Positions 26,213-38,361 are shown, numbered from the whole stretch's first letter. The stretch: DNA of 63,327 nucleotides, filler included, from Octopus bimaculoides (GCF_001194135.2; 6 parts of 5 records of this genome joined end to end with filler, not necessarily neighbours in it); one strand, 5' to 3'. Numbers and translations are program-made. The notes: generated by a model from the sequence alone, not told the origin.

Positions 26213-27097
26213 CAAGATGCAATGGGTAAATTGTCGCCATTTTATATTTTTAATTTTGCGCATGTGCATTGTTTGTTTTTGATTTTGTCGACTACACAGT
26301 ATAGTAGGGTCAGTTGGGCACCATCTGTGAGAAAAACAGCAACATGACGCATTTCACTCTGCCATAAATTTGGCAACAACATGCTGTACTACTTGGCATT
26401 TGTGCCGGAAGCTCCAATAGGAATATTTCAAAATGTTTGGGTCTCAATCTGAGGACAGTGCAATCCGAGGACATGTACCGAGAGTGGTAAAAATCAAACA
26501 TCCAGTCAACATCATGGTGTTTGGAGTGATCACTAGTGATGGTGACGTTATGCCTCCATTCATCTTCCGATACGGCCCCAGACTCAATACGGAGGCCTAC
26601 GTCAAGTGCCTGGAGAACGTAGTGCTGCCCTGGGTCAAGAGGGTGGCTGCTAGAAGACCCTATGTCTGGCAAAAGGGCCCTGCACGATGCGACACAGCCA
26701 GGAGAACCCAGTCACAGCTGTTAGACAATTTCTGCGACCACATCACCTCCAATATCTGGCCACCTAAAACCCCACACTGCAATCTCCTTTATTATGTTTG
26801 GGGCACAGCTGAGCAAGAAACTAACAAAACTACTTGTAACACCAAAGATGAACTGAAGGCAAGGATTATGGCAGCATTCACCATCTTAAACAAGGAGACC
26901 GTCCAGAAAAGTTGCAGCTGATTCCGAAGTCGTCTGGAGGCTGTGGTTGAAGCCAATAGCGATTTTATTGAATGAATTTACTCTTTAGTATTTCAAGATA
27001 TTTTAATGTAATTTTGGTAAATATATCAATTGAAATGAGATGCCAGTGTTATTTTCATTTTGCGTAATTTAGACGACAGCTTATTCACTGCACTCTG
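26213..27097 (+). mobile_element. maT (DD37D)-type Tc1/mariner element, internally deleted, degenerate TIRs, TA target duplication
   Basis: TA|CAAGATGCAATGGGTAAATTGTCGCC at left vs reverse complement of GACGACAGCTTATTCACTGCACTCTG|TA at right (differences are all transitions); transposase KHPVNIMVFGVITSDGDVMPPFIF...RPYVWQ...IWPP..PHCN.LYYVWG...*FRSRLEAVVEANSDFIE. Confidence 0.85.
26433..26975 (+). pseudogene. DDE-domain remnant of the maT transposase (catalytic Asp residues mutated)
   Basis: Supplied ORF 26433-26921; QQD replaced by QKG and PLDY by LLY. Confidence 0.85.
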
Positions 27098-27214
27098 TAT
27101 ATATAAATCATAATACAATGAGCTGGAATGAACAGGCTTCAACCCAAATATAACATAATCCATAGAGGAGCTTTGTAAAGCACGCTATTAAGCTATTACC
27201 TAGATGATATTAAA

Positions 27215-27257
<43 letters not shown>

Positions 27258-27642
27258 TAGATAGATAGACAGACAGACAGATAGATAAATAGATAGATAG
27301 ATATACAAACATACATATACATACACACGACAGGGGTGTATGTATATAAAGTTCTTGATTTGGGGCAAAAGAAAATACAGGAGGATCAGTTAATTATGGT
27401 TTTATTCAACATATTCTCCCCTCATATTCACACACATNNNNNNNNNNNNNNNNNNNNNNNNNNNNNNNNNNNNNNNNNNNNNNNNNNNNNNNNNNNNNNN
27501 NNNNNNNNNNNNNNNNNNNNNNNNNNNNNNNNNNNNNNNNNNNNNNNNNNNNNNNNNNNNNNNNNNNNNNNNNNNNNNNNNNNNNNNNNNNNNNNNNNNN
27601 NNNNNNNNNNNNNNNNNNNNNNNNNNNNNNNNNNNNNNNNNN

Positions 27643-27695
<53 letters not shown>

Positions 27696-28129
27696 GACAT
27701 ATACACACATACATAAATGTATGTTTGCGTGCATGTGTGTGCATGAGGAGAGGAGGCGTTGTACTAAGATTTTTAAATGGTGTCTTTCCTATAGAAATGG
27801 GATGGAGTTGGCGATAAATTAATGCGAAAGCTGCGCAAGAATTGGTAATCAGAGGTGACTTGAAACAGAAATTGGTAGGAGTGGTAAGAATTAACAGTAA
27901 TAAATGATATTGCGCCATCGCTAAGTACACCATTCGCTAAACAGTAAATTCAGCTTACAAGAATTAGCAGCCAAAATTCCCCACGAATCATATCCTGCTT
28001 TCATTTTGCTTGTTTAGAAAGACAAATACGTTGGACAGTTTTCTAGGAATACAGGAAGAAATATGGTCGTAGGTGGAAAGCTTTTGGTCATGTTTGATAA
28101 GCAAAGGCTCTCCTAATAATCCTTTCTAC

Positions 28130-28272
28130 TATAGGCACAATGCCTGAAATTTTTTTTAGGGTGGGGGACTAGCCGATTACATCTACCCCAGTGTTTCATT
28201 GGTACTTAATTTATCGATCCCGAAAGAATGAAAGGCAAAGTTGACCTCGGCGGAACTTGAACTTAGAACTCG
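28130..28272 (-). mobile_element. SINE family A, head truncated
   Basis: Homology to other copies. Confidence 0.82.
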
Positions 28273-28431
28273 GACAAAAATAAAAGAAGGGAGGTGACAT
28301 ATAATTTAGCATATATTAAACCTTGTATGAGCAAATTTTGCAGTAACCTTCATGAAAACTCAGTTTGATAATGACTAACCTAAAGGTAAAATAACAAAAA
28401 CAACAGCTGATGAAGCTGAGATATTAGTTGA

Positions 28432-28640
28432 AAATTTTGGCACCGGGCCAGCAAATTCGGGGCAGAGGGTAAGTCGATTATACCGCCCCCAGTGCTCAAT
28501 TGCTACTTATTTTATCGACTCCGAAAGAATGAAAGGCAAAGTCGGCCTCGGCAGTATTTAAACTCAGAACGTAAAGACAAATGAAATGCCGCTAAGCACT
28601 TTACCTGACGTGTTAACGATCCTGCCAGCTCGCCGCCAAT
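28432..28640 (-). mobile_element. SINE family A
   Basis: Homology to other copies. Confidence 0.88.
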
Positions 28641-28941
28641 TATGTGGCTGAGATATTAATAGATAATCAATCTAATTTATGCAACAAGTGAAAATCCATT
28701 TTATTTCTGCTGGTTATCTGAGCGCTTTCACGGATTTTTAAAATTATTATTTAGGGCTTAAGAAAATCGATAACTATAATGGTTGAGCACCTTGAAAAAA
28801 TGTGCTATAAAGTTGTTTTTACACAAGCATGTTTGACACTTTTGTTGCCATATTTTCTTTGAAATTCGTGGACTTTCATTGTCTCAAATAATTTTGAAAA
28901 TCACGAGGAGTTTACCAAAGTAACTTTATCATTAATAAGGT

Positions 28942-29160
28942 AGAGTTTAAAGGCATGCTCTGGCAAAATTGAACATAATGCTTAGCGGGATTTCTGTGGG
29001 CTCTTTACATTCTGAGTTCAAATGCCGTCCAGGTCGAATTTGTTTTCCATCCTTTTGGGAATTGATGAAATGAGTATCAGTTGAACACTGAATGGATAAA
29101 CTCGACAAGCTCCTTCCCACAAAGAGCCTCGGGCCTTATGCCTATAGTACAAAGAATTAT
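28942..29160 (+). mobile_element. SINE family A
   Basis: Homology; ATT-repeat tail at 29157. Confidence 0.8.
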
Positions 29161-29164
29161 TATT

Positions 29165-29380
29165 ATTATTGCTTTTAAATTTTGGCATAAGGCCAGCAAT
29201 TTCAAGGGAGGGGTAAGTCGAATACATCGACCCCGTCGCTCAACTGGTACTTATTTTATAGACCCCGAGAGGATGAAGAACAAAGTCGACATCGGTGGAA
29301 TTCGAACTGAGAACGTTAAGGCGGACGAAATATCGCTAAATATTTTGACCGATGCGCAAAGGATTCTGCCAGCTCGCTGC
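29165..29380 (-). mobile_element. SINE family A
   Basis: Homology; tail-to-tail with the previous copy. Confidence 0.85.
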
Positions 29381-29407
29381 CCTAAAAAGAATAATTAATG
29401 TTGAGAG

Positions 29408-29625
29408 GTTGGCGAGCTGCAGGAATCATAGTCAGAGCTTCAGAAAAATGTTCTGCGATACTTGTTCCGATTTTAAGTTCCGGGTTTAAATCCCGCCGAT
29501 TTCAACTTGGCCTTCTATCTCTTCGGGTCAAGAAGATAAGTAACATTTGAGCACTGGGGTGAACGTAATCGACTAGCCCACCCCCTTAAAAATTGCTGAC
29601 ATTGTGCCAAAATTTGAAACTATTA
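29408..29625 (+). mobile_element. SINE family A
   Basis: Homology; head-to-head with the previous copy. Confidence 0.8.
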
Positions 29626-30429
29626 TTAATGTGGTGTTTAGAACATAAATGAGTAAGAAATTTTGTTAGAAGGTCTTTAATTTAGGACACTTTAAAACAG
29701 GAAATTGGTAATATAGAACTAATGGCAGTCTCAGGTGGTTCGGTATCAAAGGGTTAATAAAACAAGGTAAGTATTAGTTTTCTGCGTGTTTTATTAAATG
29801 CTAAACTTTAAAGCAGCTGTTTTTTTTTAATATATATTTTTATCTATCTATATGAAGTGAACTAGTCTTTTTGTTCTTGTTTTTTTTTCTTCGTTTTTTT
29901 TTTTGTTTCTTTGTTTTTTACTTGATCTTCAGCAAGGCAGGAAGTCAAATAGATTAAAAGCCATTCGTCTCATTCATGGCAATTATACCAGATCATTGAT
30001 ACACTGCTTCATTTCACACCCTCGCACTCGCAACATCTCGCAAGTACACGCNNNNNNNNNNNNNNNNNNNNNNNNNNNNNNNNNNNNNNNNNNNNNNNNN
30101 NNNNNNNNNNNNNNNNNNNNNNNNNNNNNNNNNNNNNNNNNNNNNNNNNNNNNNNNNNNNNNNNNNNNNNNNNNNNNNNNNNNNNNNNNNNNNNNNNNNN
30201 NNNNNNNNNNNNNNNNNNNNNNNNNNNNNNNNNNNNNNNNNNNNNNNNNNNNNNNNNNNNNNNNNNNNNNNNNNNNNNNNNNNNNNNNNNNNNNNNNNNN
30301 NNNNNNNNNNNNNNNNNNNNNNNNNNNNNNNNNNNNNNNNNNNNNNNNNNNNNNNNNNNNNNNNNNNNNNNNNNNNNNNNNNNNNNNNNNTATACATATA
30401 TATATATACATATATATATATACATATAC

Positions 30430-30840
30430 AGAGGTGCAGGCGTGGCTGTGAGATAAGAAGCTTGCTTTCTAACCACTTGGTTCCGGGTTCACTCTCACTG
30501 CATGGTACCTTGGGCAAATGTCATCTACTATAGCCTCGGGCCGACCAGAACCCTCCAAATGGATTTGGTAGACGGAAACTGAAAGAAGCCCGTCGTATAT
30601 ATGTGTGCGTGTGTATGTGTGTGTGTGTGCATGTGTGTGTGTTTGTTCCTCGTCACCGCTTGACAACCAGTGTGGGTGTGTTTACGTATCCGTAACTTAG
30701 CGCTTCAGCAAAAGATACCAATAGAGTAAGTACTAGCCTTTAAAAAATAAGCCCTGGAGTCGACTTGTTCGAATAAACCCTTGAAAGCGGTGCTCCAGCG
30801 TGGCTACAGTCAAATGAATGAAACAAGTAAAAAAATAAAA
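30430..30840 (+). mobile_element. SINE family B, full length
   Basis: Homology to 3917-4372. Confidence 0.9.
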
Positions 30841-30853
30841 GAATACACATACG

Positions 30854-30885
<32 letters not shown>

Positions 30886-30934
30886 GTCGGTGTGTCTGTG
30901 TAAGTGAGTGAGTGTGTGTGTGTGTGTGAGAGAG

Positions 30935-30991
<57 letters not shown>

Positions 30992-31135
30992 CCTTTCTGC
31001 TAACCAATTTGTGGCTAAGTAGAAATCATTGATTGTAAGAAGAGATAAAATTGTCTGGTGCTGATAAAGGTTTTCAGGTTAACGTCGAACGGAATGAATG
31101 CTGCAGTACGTTAATAATAATAATAATAATAATAA

Positions 31136-31198
<63 letters not shown>

Positions 31199-31435
31199 CA
31201 ACAACAACATCAATAATGACAACAAGAACGTCTATCTGCGAATGAGAACACCATGAATCGCACGGTGTCTGAAAGGTTAAAGTTGTACAATTAATATAAA
31301 TTTTGCAGAAATAGAATGCCATATAAAATAATACGGTGATCAGCCAAGATGACATATTATTAAACTGTTACATGTTGAATATGACGGATGGAGTTAATGC
31401 AGAATCAAATCCGTAACTCGATTTAACACCGTTAC

Positions 31436-31587
31436 CTGGCCCATGCGCGTTGTTATCAGTTTCTACTTTGTGGTAATGATGCAAGCCAGGTATCTTCTCT
31501 GAAGATAATTTGTTCACTTGATGCTTTTCCACTGAAGCAAATTTTGAATCTTACCTTCCTCCTGCACGCCGCCATCAGTCTCGCTGG
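31436..31587 (-). CDS. Candidate pair of small exons (31555-31587 and 31436-31498) encoding (A)SETDGGVQEE-E-KIPGLHHYHKVETDNNAHGP(G)
   Basis: ttacttag acceptor, AAG|GTAAGA donor, ttatcttcag acceptor, CAG|GTAACG donor; phases compatible; the 56-nt intron is short. Confidence 0.25.
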
Positions 31588-31769
31588 CTAAGTAAAGGCC
31601 ACATACATTGGCCTTCCCTTGGTGGGCCATATAGAAAGAGTGACTTGCCAAGATGCATAAATGCACAGAGCGTAAATAATTTTAGAAGCATCATCAAAAG
31701 CAAATGTAAAGTTAAGAAATGAATTATATCATCATTCGCTATAGCACTGTACCGACAAAACTATTAGAT

Positions 31770-32052
31770 GTTGTTATATACCGCTGGCCACAGTGCGCTT
31801 CCCCTCATTGTCGCAGCTTTCAAATGCTGCCACTCCGCTGGCTAGGTGAGCCGGCCTGTGGCGTATAAGTGACCGAGATCACGGCATTCCATGTGAACAA
31901 GATGCCAATCCGTCGCTGGGTAACTCATATGAACTGGCTAGAGCAATGTGAAATGAACCGTTGTGCTCAAGAACACAACGAATCATCTGTCTTTGAGTCG
32001 AACCCACGATCTTATGATTGCGAGTATAACACTCTAACCACAAGGTCACGTG
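31770..32052 (-). mobile_element. SINE family D, near full length
   Basis: Reverse complement GTGACCTTGTGGTTAGAGTG...GGGTTCGACTC...GTGTTCTTGAGCA...TTTCACATTGCTC. Confidence 0.75.
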
Positions 32053-32084
32053 ACTATTTTGTGTAATTACTCTTATGTTATTAT

Positions 32085-32455
32085 TATGCGTTTGCTTAGC
32101 GACACTTCATCTGTCTTTACGTTCTGAATTCAAATTCACTGAAGTCAACTTAATGTTTTATCTTTTCAGCGTCGATAAAATATATACCCCCTGGGGTCGA
32201 TGTAATCGACTTTTTCCCCCATCGAACTTTCTGGTCTCGAAATTTGAAACCGTTATTATTCTTGTTTAAAGTGACAAAATGCTTAGCACCATTTCTTCCG
32301 GTTCTGGTACTTTATATTCTGAGTTCAAATTTCGCTGAGTTCAACTTTGCTTTTTACCCTTTTAGGGTTCATAAAATAGATACGAGTTGGGTACTGAGGT
32401 TGATGTAATCGATAGCTCTCTTCCAACAAAATTCCATGCCTTCCGCCTGTAGCAG
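32085..32455 (+). mobile_element. Two tandem diverged SINE family A copies (32085-32250 and 32275-32455)
   Basis: Two TTCTGAxTTCAAATT...TCAACTT segments. Confidence 0.72.
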
Positions 32456-33318
32456 AAAAATAAATCGTTCAAAAACATGTCAGTATACGTATACTCCGGA
32501 AATGACATCATCACTATTTCTAGAGAATTCGGGTGCCAAAAGCGGTACTGTTTTCGAATTGATGTAAGCATGGTTGTCATAGATCCTTCGAGTAGGTGTG
32601 TAATTTCGAATTGGCACATGTTTAATCCTCTGGATGTAAACAGAGAATTTGTTTCCACTCCTACCTTGTTGCTACACAAACATAGGTGATTAGCTGTGAA
32701 TGAAAAAAAACAAAACAAAAAAACAAAACAAAACAAAGGAATACTAAATATAAATACTTACATACATATATGTACATGCATACGCCTACATANNNNNNNN
32801 NNNNNNNNNNNNNNNNNNNNNNNNNNNNNNNNNNNNNNNNNNNNNNNNNNNNNNNNNNNNNNNNNNNNNNNNNNNNNNNNNNNNNNNNNNNNNNNNNNNN
32901 NNNNNNNNNNNNNNNNNNNNNNNNNNNNNNNNNNNNNNNNNNNNNNNNNNNNNNNNNNNNNNNNNNNNNNNNNNNNNNNNNNNNNNNNNNNNNNNNNNNN
33001 NNNNNNNNNNNNNNNNNNNNNNNNNNNNNNAATGGAAATTTCACTATTCCAATCTTCAGCCCAAATATTCTGATAAATTTGAAAGTGTCTCTAAAAAAAT
33101 TCACGGTAATTTTTGGCCATGCGACACCAAAAATCAACGATAAGGCTTGGTTTGTTTACGCTTTTCCCTCCGGTTTTTTGTTCTATGTGTGCCATAAATA
33201 TCGCCATCCGCTTTAGAGAAAAATTTGTAGTTTGGAATCAGTAGTTCTTTGACTGCTATTTCTGAATTTTCAGTATGTTGGAGAAGCAACTCAATTGCTA
33301 ATCCCTGTATATTTATGA

Positions 33319-33356
<38 letters not shown>

Positions 33357-33419
33357 TCACAAATGCATGCATATATAATACATTTATACAAATGTGTATA
33401 CATATATTAAGGCATGCAC

Positions 33420-33840
33420 GCATCACACAAGTGAACAGCAGTGGCCCGAAAATTGCCCCCAATGTGACACGAAGTTGTCGTTAAAATTATATACAATACT
33501 ATATAAAAGAAATAGTGTTCTGGGATAACTATAGAGGATCAACCTGTTGCTGAATACATACATAAGCATCAACACAACAAATATTAGTGGAAAATCCCCA
33601 TCAAAACTTCTGTGAAATGCATACACAATGGTTCGGATATCGTTGTCTTGTTCAAACGAGAAAAGCAAGGAATTGTCATAGAGTTCAGCTGTTCTGCTGA
33701 TGTGAAAATCTCTTCAAAAGTCAAAAACAAAGAGGATAACTATGAATTTCGAAAACTTCAACTTCTATACCTAGATTATAAATTCACATTCATAACAATA
33801 ATAACTGGTGCTCTTGATTTTGGTTTTATCTACATTCAAA
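33420..33840 (+). pseudogene. Decayed CCHC plus restriction-like endonuclease region of an RLE non-LTR retrotransposon
   Basis: ITQVNSSGPKI..HEVVVKIIYNTI*, then KTSVKCIHNGSDIVVLFKREKQGIVIEFSCSADVKISSKVKNKEDNY..LQLLYLDYKFTFITIITGAL. Confidence 0.7.
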
Positions 33841-33844
33841 CAGT

Positions 33845-34235
33845 GGAGGCGCAATGACCCAATGGTTAGGGCAGCGGACTCCCGGTCATAGGATCGCGGT
33901 TTCGATTCCCAGACCGGGCGTTGTGAGTGTTTATTGAGCGAAAATGCCTAAAAGCTCCACGAGGCTCCGGCAGGGGATGGTGGTGAACCCTGCTGTACTC
34001 TTCCACCACAACTTTCTCTCACTCTTACTTCCTGTTTCTGTTGTGCCTGTAATTCAAAGGGTCAGTCTTGCCACACTGTGTCACGCTGAATATCCCCGAG
34101 AACTACGTTAAAGGTACACGTGTCTGTGGAGTGCTCAGCCACTTGCACGTTAATTTCACGAGCAGTCTGTTCCGTTGATCGGATCAACTGGAACCCTCGA
34201 CGTCGTAAGCAACGGAATGCCAACAACAACAACAT
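33845..34235 (+). mobile_element. SINE family C (tRNA-derived head, CAA-repeat tail)
   Basis: A-box TGACCCAATGGTTAGG, B-box GGTTTCGATTCCC; long homology to 59228-59572. Confidence 0.88.
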
Positions 34236-35004
34236 TCAAACAATGAGCTTTGTATCCTTGTTAGAAATCAGCACCTTCCTTAAAAGAGGACTTTAAATAA
34301 TTATAAGTAGAACATACATACATACATACATACATACATAGTAGTGCCTGCTGGTACCTTGTTTATCGACACCAAAAGGACAAAGTAGTTCTGATCTCGG
34401 CAGCATTTGAAGTCAGAGCAAAGAGAGCCAGGACGATCAAACATAAAGCAATCTGTCTGACACACTAACGAGTCTGCCAACTTACAATGTACATATACAA
34501 ACATGCTCACATACAAACAATTATATGTACACACACATGCCTCAAAATGTACAGACCTACACATGCTGTGACCTGCATATTTACATATATGCATATGTAT
34601 GCATTACACTCATATATTCATACATAAATCTATTATAAACTAGCGCAACAGGATATATACCAATCCGCCTTTATCAAAGAGTGACTGAACTTAGACTCTT
34701 GGAGAAAAGACGCATCTCCATAATTCATATGCTTCAGATGATTACAATATCTAACATAATAAAAACATGCAATATCTTCCTTAGATTTCAAGGATGAATG
34801 GGTGCACAAAGAAAGACGAAAGGAAAAAGAAAAAACTCTTTTCTTTACAACTTTGCCAACGAGCAGGTGGTTAGTACAAAATACACTCTATAACTCCAAC
34901 CAGGAAGCGAAATTATACATACATGCATTCATACATACATAAATACATACACACATACATACATACATTCATACATACATACATTCATACATACATACAT
35001 ACAT

Positions 35005-35227
35005 GCTTTGCCTTTCATCCTTTCGGAGTCGATAAATTAAGTACCAGTGAAACACTGGGTCAATGTAATTGACTAGTCCCCTCCCCACATACAAGTGCAT
35101 CTACTGTTTCTGTTCACCGCCCCAAACTCTCTCACATATGATTGTACTAGCAATATTCATCAGTTCACCTATAATTTAAGCCCAACGATAAAATATAATT
35201 TCAGGCTTTGTGCATTTTGTAGAAAGA

Positions 35228-35230
<3 letters not shown>
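35005..35230 (+). mobile_element. SINE family A 3' half interrupted by a ~110-bp foreign insert (35088-35199)
   Basis: GACTAGTCCCCTCCCCA | insert | TTCAGGCTTTGTGCATTTTGTAGAAAGAATTATT. Confidence 0.8.
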
Positions 35231-35300
<70 letters not shown>

Positions 35301-35322
35301 TCATTATTATTATTATTATTAT

Positions 35323-35362
<40 letters not shown>
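35227..35362 (+). repeat. (ATT)n/(AAT)n microsatellite
   Basis: Direct. Confidence 0.95.
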
Positions 35363-35364
<2 letters not shown>

Positions 35365-35825
35365 GGATCCAGGTTCAGTCCCACTGCGTGGCACCTTGGG
35401 CAAGTGTCTTCTACTATAGCTTTAGAACGACCACNNNNNNNNNNNNNNNNNNNNNNNNNNNNNNNNNNNNNNNNNNNNNNNNNNNNNNNNNNNNNNNNNN
35501 NNNNNNNNNNNNNNNNNNNNNNNNNNNNNNNNNNNNNNNNNNNNNNNNNNNNNNNNNNNNNNNNNNNNNNNNNNNNNNNNNNNNNNNNNNNNNNNNNNNN
35601 NNNNNNNNNNNNNNNNNNNNNNNNNNNNNNNNNNNNNNNNNNNNNNNNNNNNNNNNNNNNNNNNNNNNNNNNNNNNNNNNNNNNNNNNNNNNNNNNNNNN
35701 NNNNNNNNNNNNNNNNNNNNNNNNNNNNNNNNNNNNNNNNNNNNNNNNNNNNNNNNNNNNNNNNNNNNNNNNNNNNNNNNNNNNNNNNNNNNNNNNNNNN
35801 NNNNNNNNNNNNNNNNNNNNNNNNN

Positions 35826-36020
35826 GATGGCAACCCCTGTTGTACTCTTTCGCCCCAACTTTCTCTCACTCTTTCTTCCTGTTTCTTGAGTAAAACTGCG
35901 ATGGACTGGCGTCCCGTCCAGCTGGGGCGGGGGGGGGGACACATACACCATAGAAACCGGGAAACCGGGCCCATGAGCCTGGCTAGGCTTTAAAAGGGCA
36001 CATAAATAAAATAAAATAAA
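35826..36020 (+). mobile_element. SINE 3' part (CTGCGATGGACTGGCGTCCCGTCCAG domain, AAAAT tail)
   Basis: Shares CTGTACTCTT..CAACTTTCTCTCACTCTT with family C; the 5' part lies in the gap. Confidence 0.65.
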
Positions 36021-37349
36021 CAACTGCATCAATTTATACGCTATAATGTCGATTTGGCACAATACCACCACTCTGTAAGAGAGAGAGAGAGAAGAAGAAG
36101 AAGAAGAAAGAGATGAGTGGTTAGAAAGAGGAAGTGACATTGAATCGACCCCTTGTAAAAGTCAAGGAAATTTTGAGTTAGAGAATTAAAGTTGAACATG
36201 GTGGAATTTGAACCCAGAAAATATATATGGACGAAAACACACACATACACATTGTGCTGTTACTGTTTCTGCTCACCGCCCCAAACTCTCTCACATATGA
36301 TATTACTAGCAATATTCATCAGTTCGCCTATAATTTAAGCCCAACGATAAAATCTAATAAAACACTCGTTAATGTTAGAATATTTCCGTTGCTTGTAGAT
36401 GCTAATTGTACTTCCTGCGTATTATGTATTTAGAGTTTGTTGTTGTTGTGTAACCCCAGGTGAATCAAAAGCAGTATTATCAAAAATATTCCAGCTACAT
36501 TTTTTTTTTAAATCAGACAAGATGTCTAAAACTACATTATCATATACGATGAGTCAGTCATTCCTCTTTTAAGACAATAGAATGCAATTTCAGAACGATT
36601 TAGCTGCTATCTGTAGCAGGACGAGTGTTGTCGCTGAGTGGCCCAAAGCAATGACTAAGCAAAAGTTTCAGTATCCATGGGGAAAGAGCATGCTTGGTGT
36701 CTCCACCTTGATTAGCAGATGTGGTAGACTAAAGAAGACTTTGCGCTCCTACATAACAGCACCAGAAAGCAATTGCTCCCTTTTCTCATTCTTACTTCAT
36801 TTCTAGACCAAGGTTATTGAGTGTAACGAGCACTAAATGATTGCTAGTTCATGCAAGATGCATCGATTGCCTTCCAAAAGCATTCGCTTCTCAAAATCTA
36901 TAACAATAGAAGATTTCACCAGTTTCGGTAGTTTACAAACAAGAAGGACGATATAGCATCTGAGATGAAATTATTGTTGACACGCATTTCCTGTGTATTA
37001 GGTACACATACCACCATTTATTGCACATTTGGCTTTGCTAGAAATGAAAGTAAGGCACCTAACCCTACATAGCTAAGTTGACATAAAACATGTTTTCAGA
37101 AACGTTTTGAGGTGACGTTTGTAGACGTTACTAAATTTCCCTAAGAGAGGGAGCTTCAAGTTCTCAGGTAAATAAACGTGATTAAATTTCCTCAGTACGT
37201 CCCATGTGCGAGCTTCGATTCGATACAATGGAATATTCGTTACTTTTCCATTTCAAATTACTCTACACAAGTACAATTTCGGTGTTGACGTTGATTGCAT
37301 TGGTATTGAATAATTGTGGTGGCAGTGAAGGGTGATTTTTTCTGTATAT

Positions 37350-37512
37350 GTGTGTGTGTGTAGTAAGAAGTTTGCTTCTCAACCACATGGTTTCAGGCTC
37401 AGTCCTACTGTATGAGGACACCTCTGGCAGGTGTCTCTTCCAATAGCTTCGAGTCGATCAAAGCCTTGTGTAAGTAGCTTTGGTAGACGGACACTGAAAG
37501 AAATCCGTCGTA
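37350..37512 (+). mobile_element. SINE family B head
   Basis: Homology to 3917-4080. Confidence 0.78.
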
Positions 37513-37519
37513 TAAATAT

Positions 37520-37730
37520 TCTTTTCTGCTCTAGGCACAAGAGCCCGAAACTTTTATTGGGGCGGGGGGCAGTCGATTAGATCGATTCCAGTACGCAACT
37601 GGTACTCAATTTATCGAAAGGATGAAAGAAAAAGTCGACCTCGACGGAATTTGAACTCAGAAAGTAAAGACAAATGAAATACCTGTAAGCATTTCGCCCG
37701 GCGTGCTAACATTTCTGCCAGCTCGCCGCC
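37520..37730 (-). mobile_element. SINE family A
   Basis: Homology to other copies. Confidence 0.88.
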
Positions 37731-37743
37731 GTTGTCGTATAAA

Positions 37744-37843
37744 NNNNNNNNNNNNNNNNNNNNNNNNNNNNNNNNNNNNNNNNNNNNTTAATTAATTAAN
37801 NNNNNNNNNNNNNNNNNNNNNNNNNNNNNNNNNNNNNNNNNNN
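37744..37843. other. 100-bp assembly linker (N44-TTAATTAATTAA-N44)
   Basis: Direct. Confidence 0.95.
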
Positions 37844-37891
<48 letters not shown>

Positions 37892-38016
37892 AAAGTATCT
37901 ATACATGTGTGTTTGTATGAGTGAATATATGTGCATGCATCTTACTCTATGCGTATGTATATTATATATATATTCATATATATACAGTGAGATATTCAGC
38001 AGCAGCATCGGCAGTA

Positions 38017-38089
<73 letters not shown>

Positions 38090-38361
38090 ACGACAGAAGT
38101 ACATAGGGACCATGATCGCAATTTCAATGAGAACTCCTTGTCAAACCGTATTTTGACAAGCCATTACCGCGCGGCATAACTTACGAATAAAATATTTAGA
38201 CCTTACCTTGCCTGGTCTTTAAGTCTTTTATTCAAAGAATGTTATTCGCAGTTTATAATCTTTCTGTTCACCCGAAACCAGCACTCTGTGTGCATGCAAA
38301 CAACACACACACATAAATATATATACATGCACACGCACGCACACACATAAATATATACATG

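Noticed and set aside
33845-33920. tRNA-like A and B boxes here and at 59228, 3917, 9427 and similar sites
   Set aside because: They continue into shared SINE bodies and lack a complete cloverleaf and terminator, so they are SINE heads rather than tRNA genes
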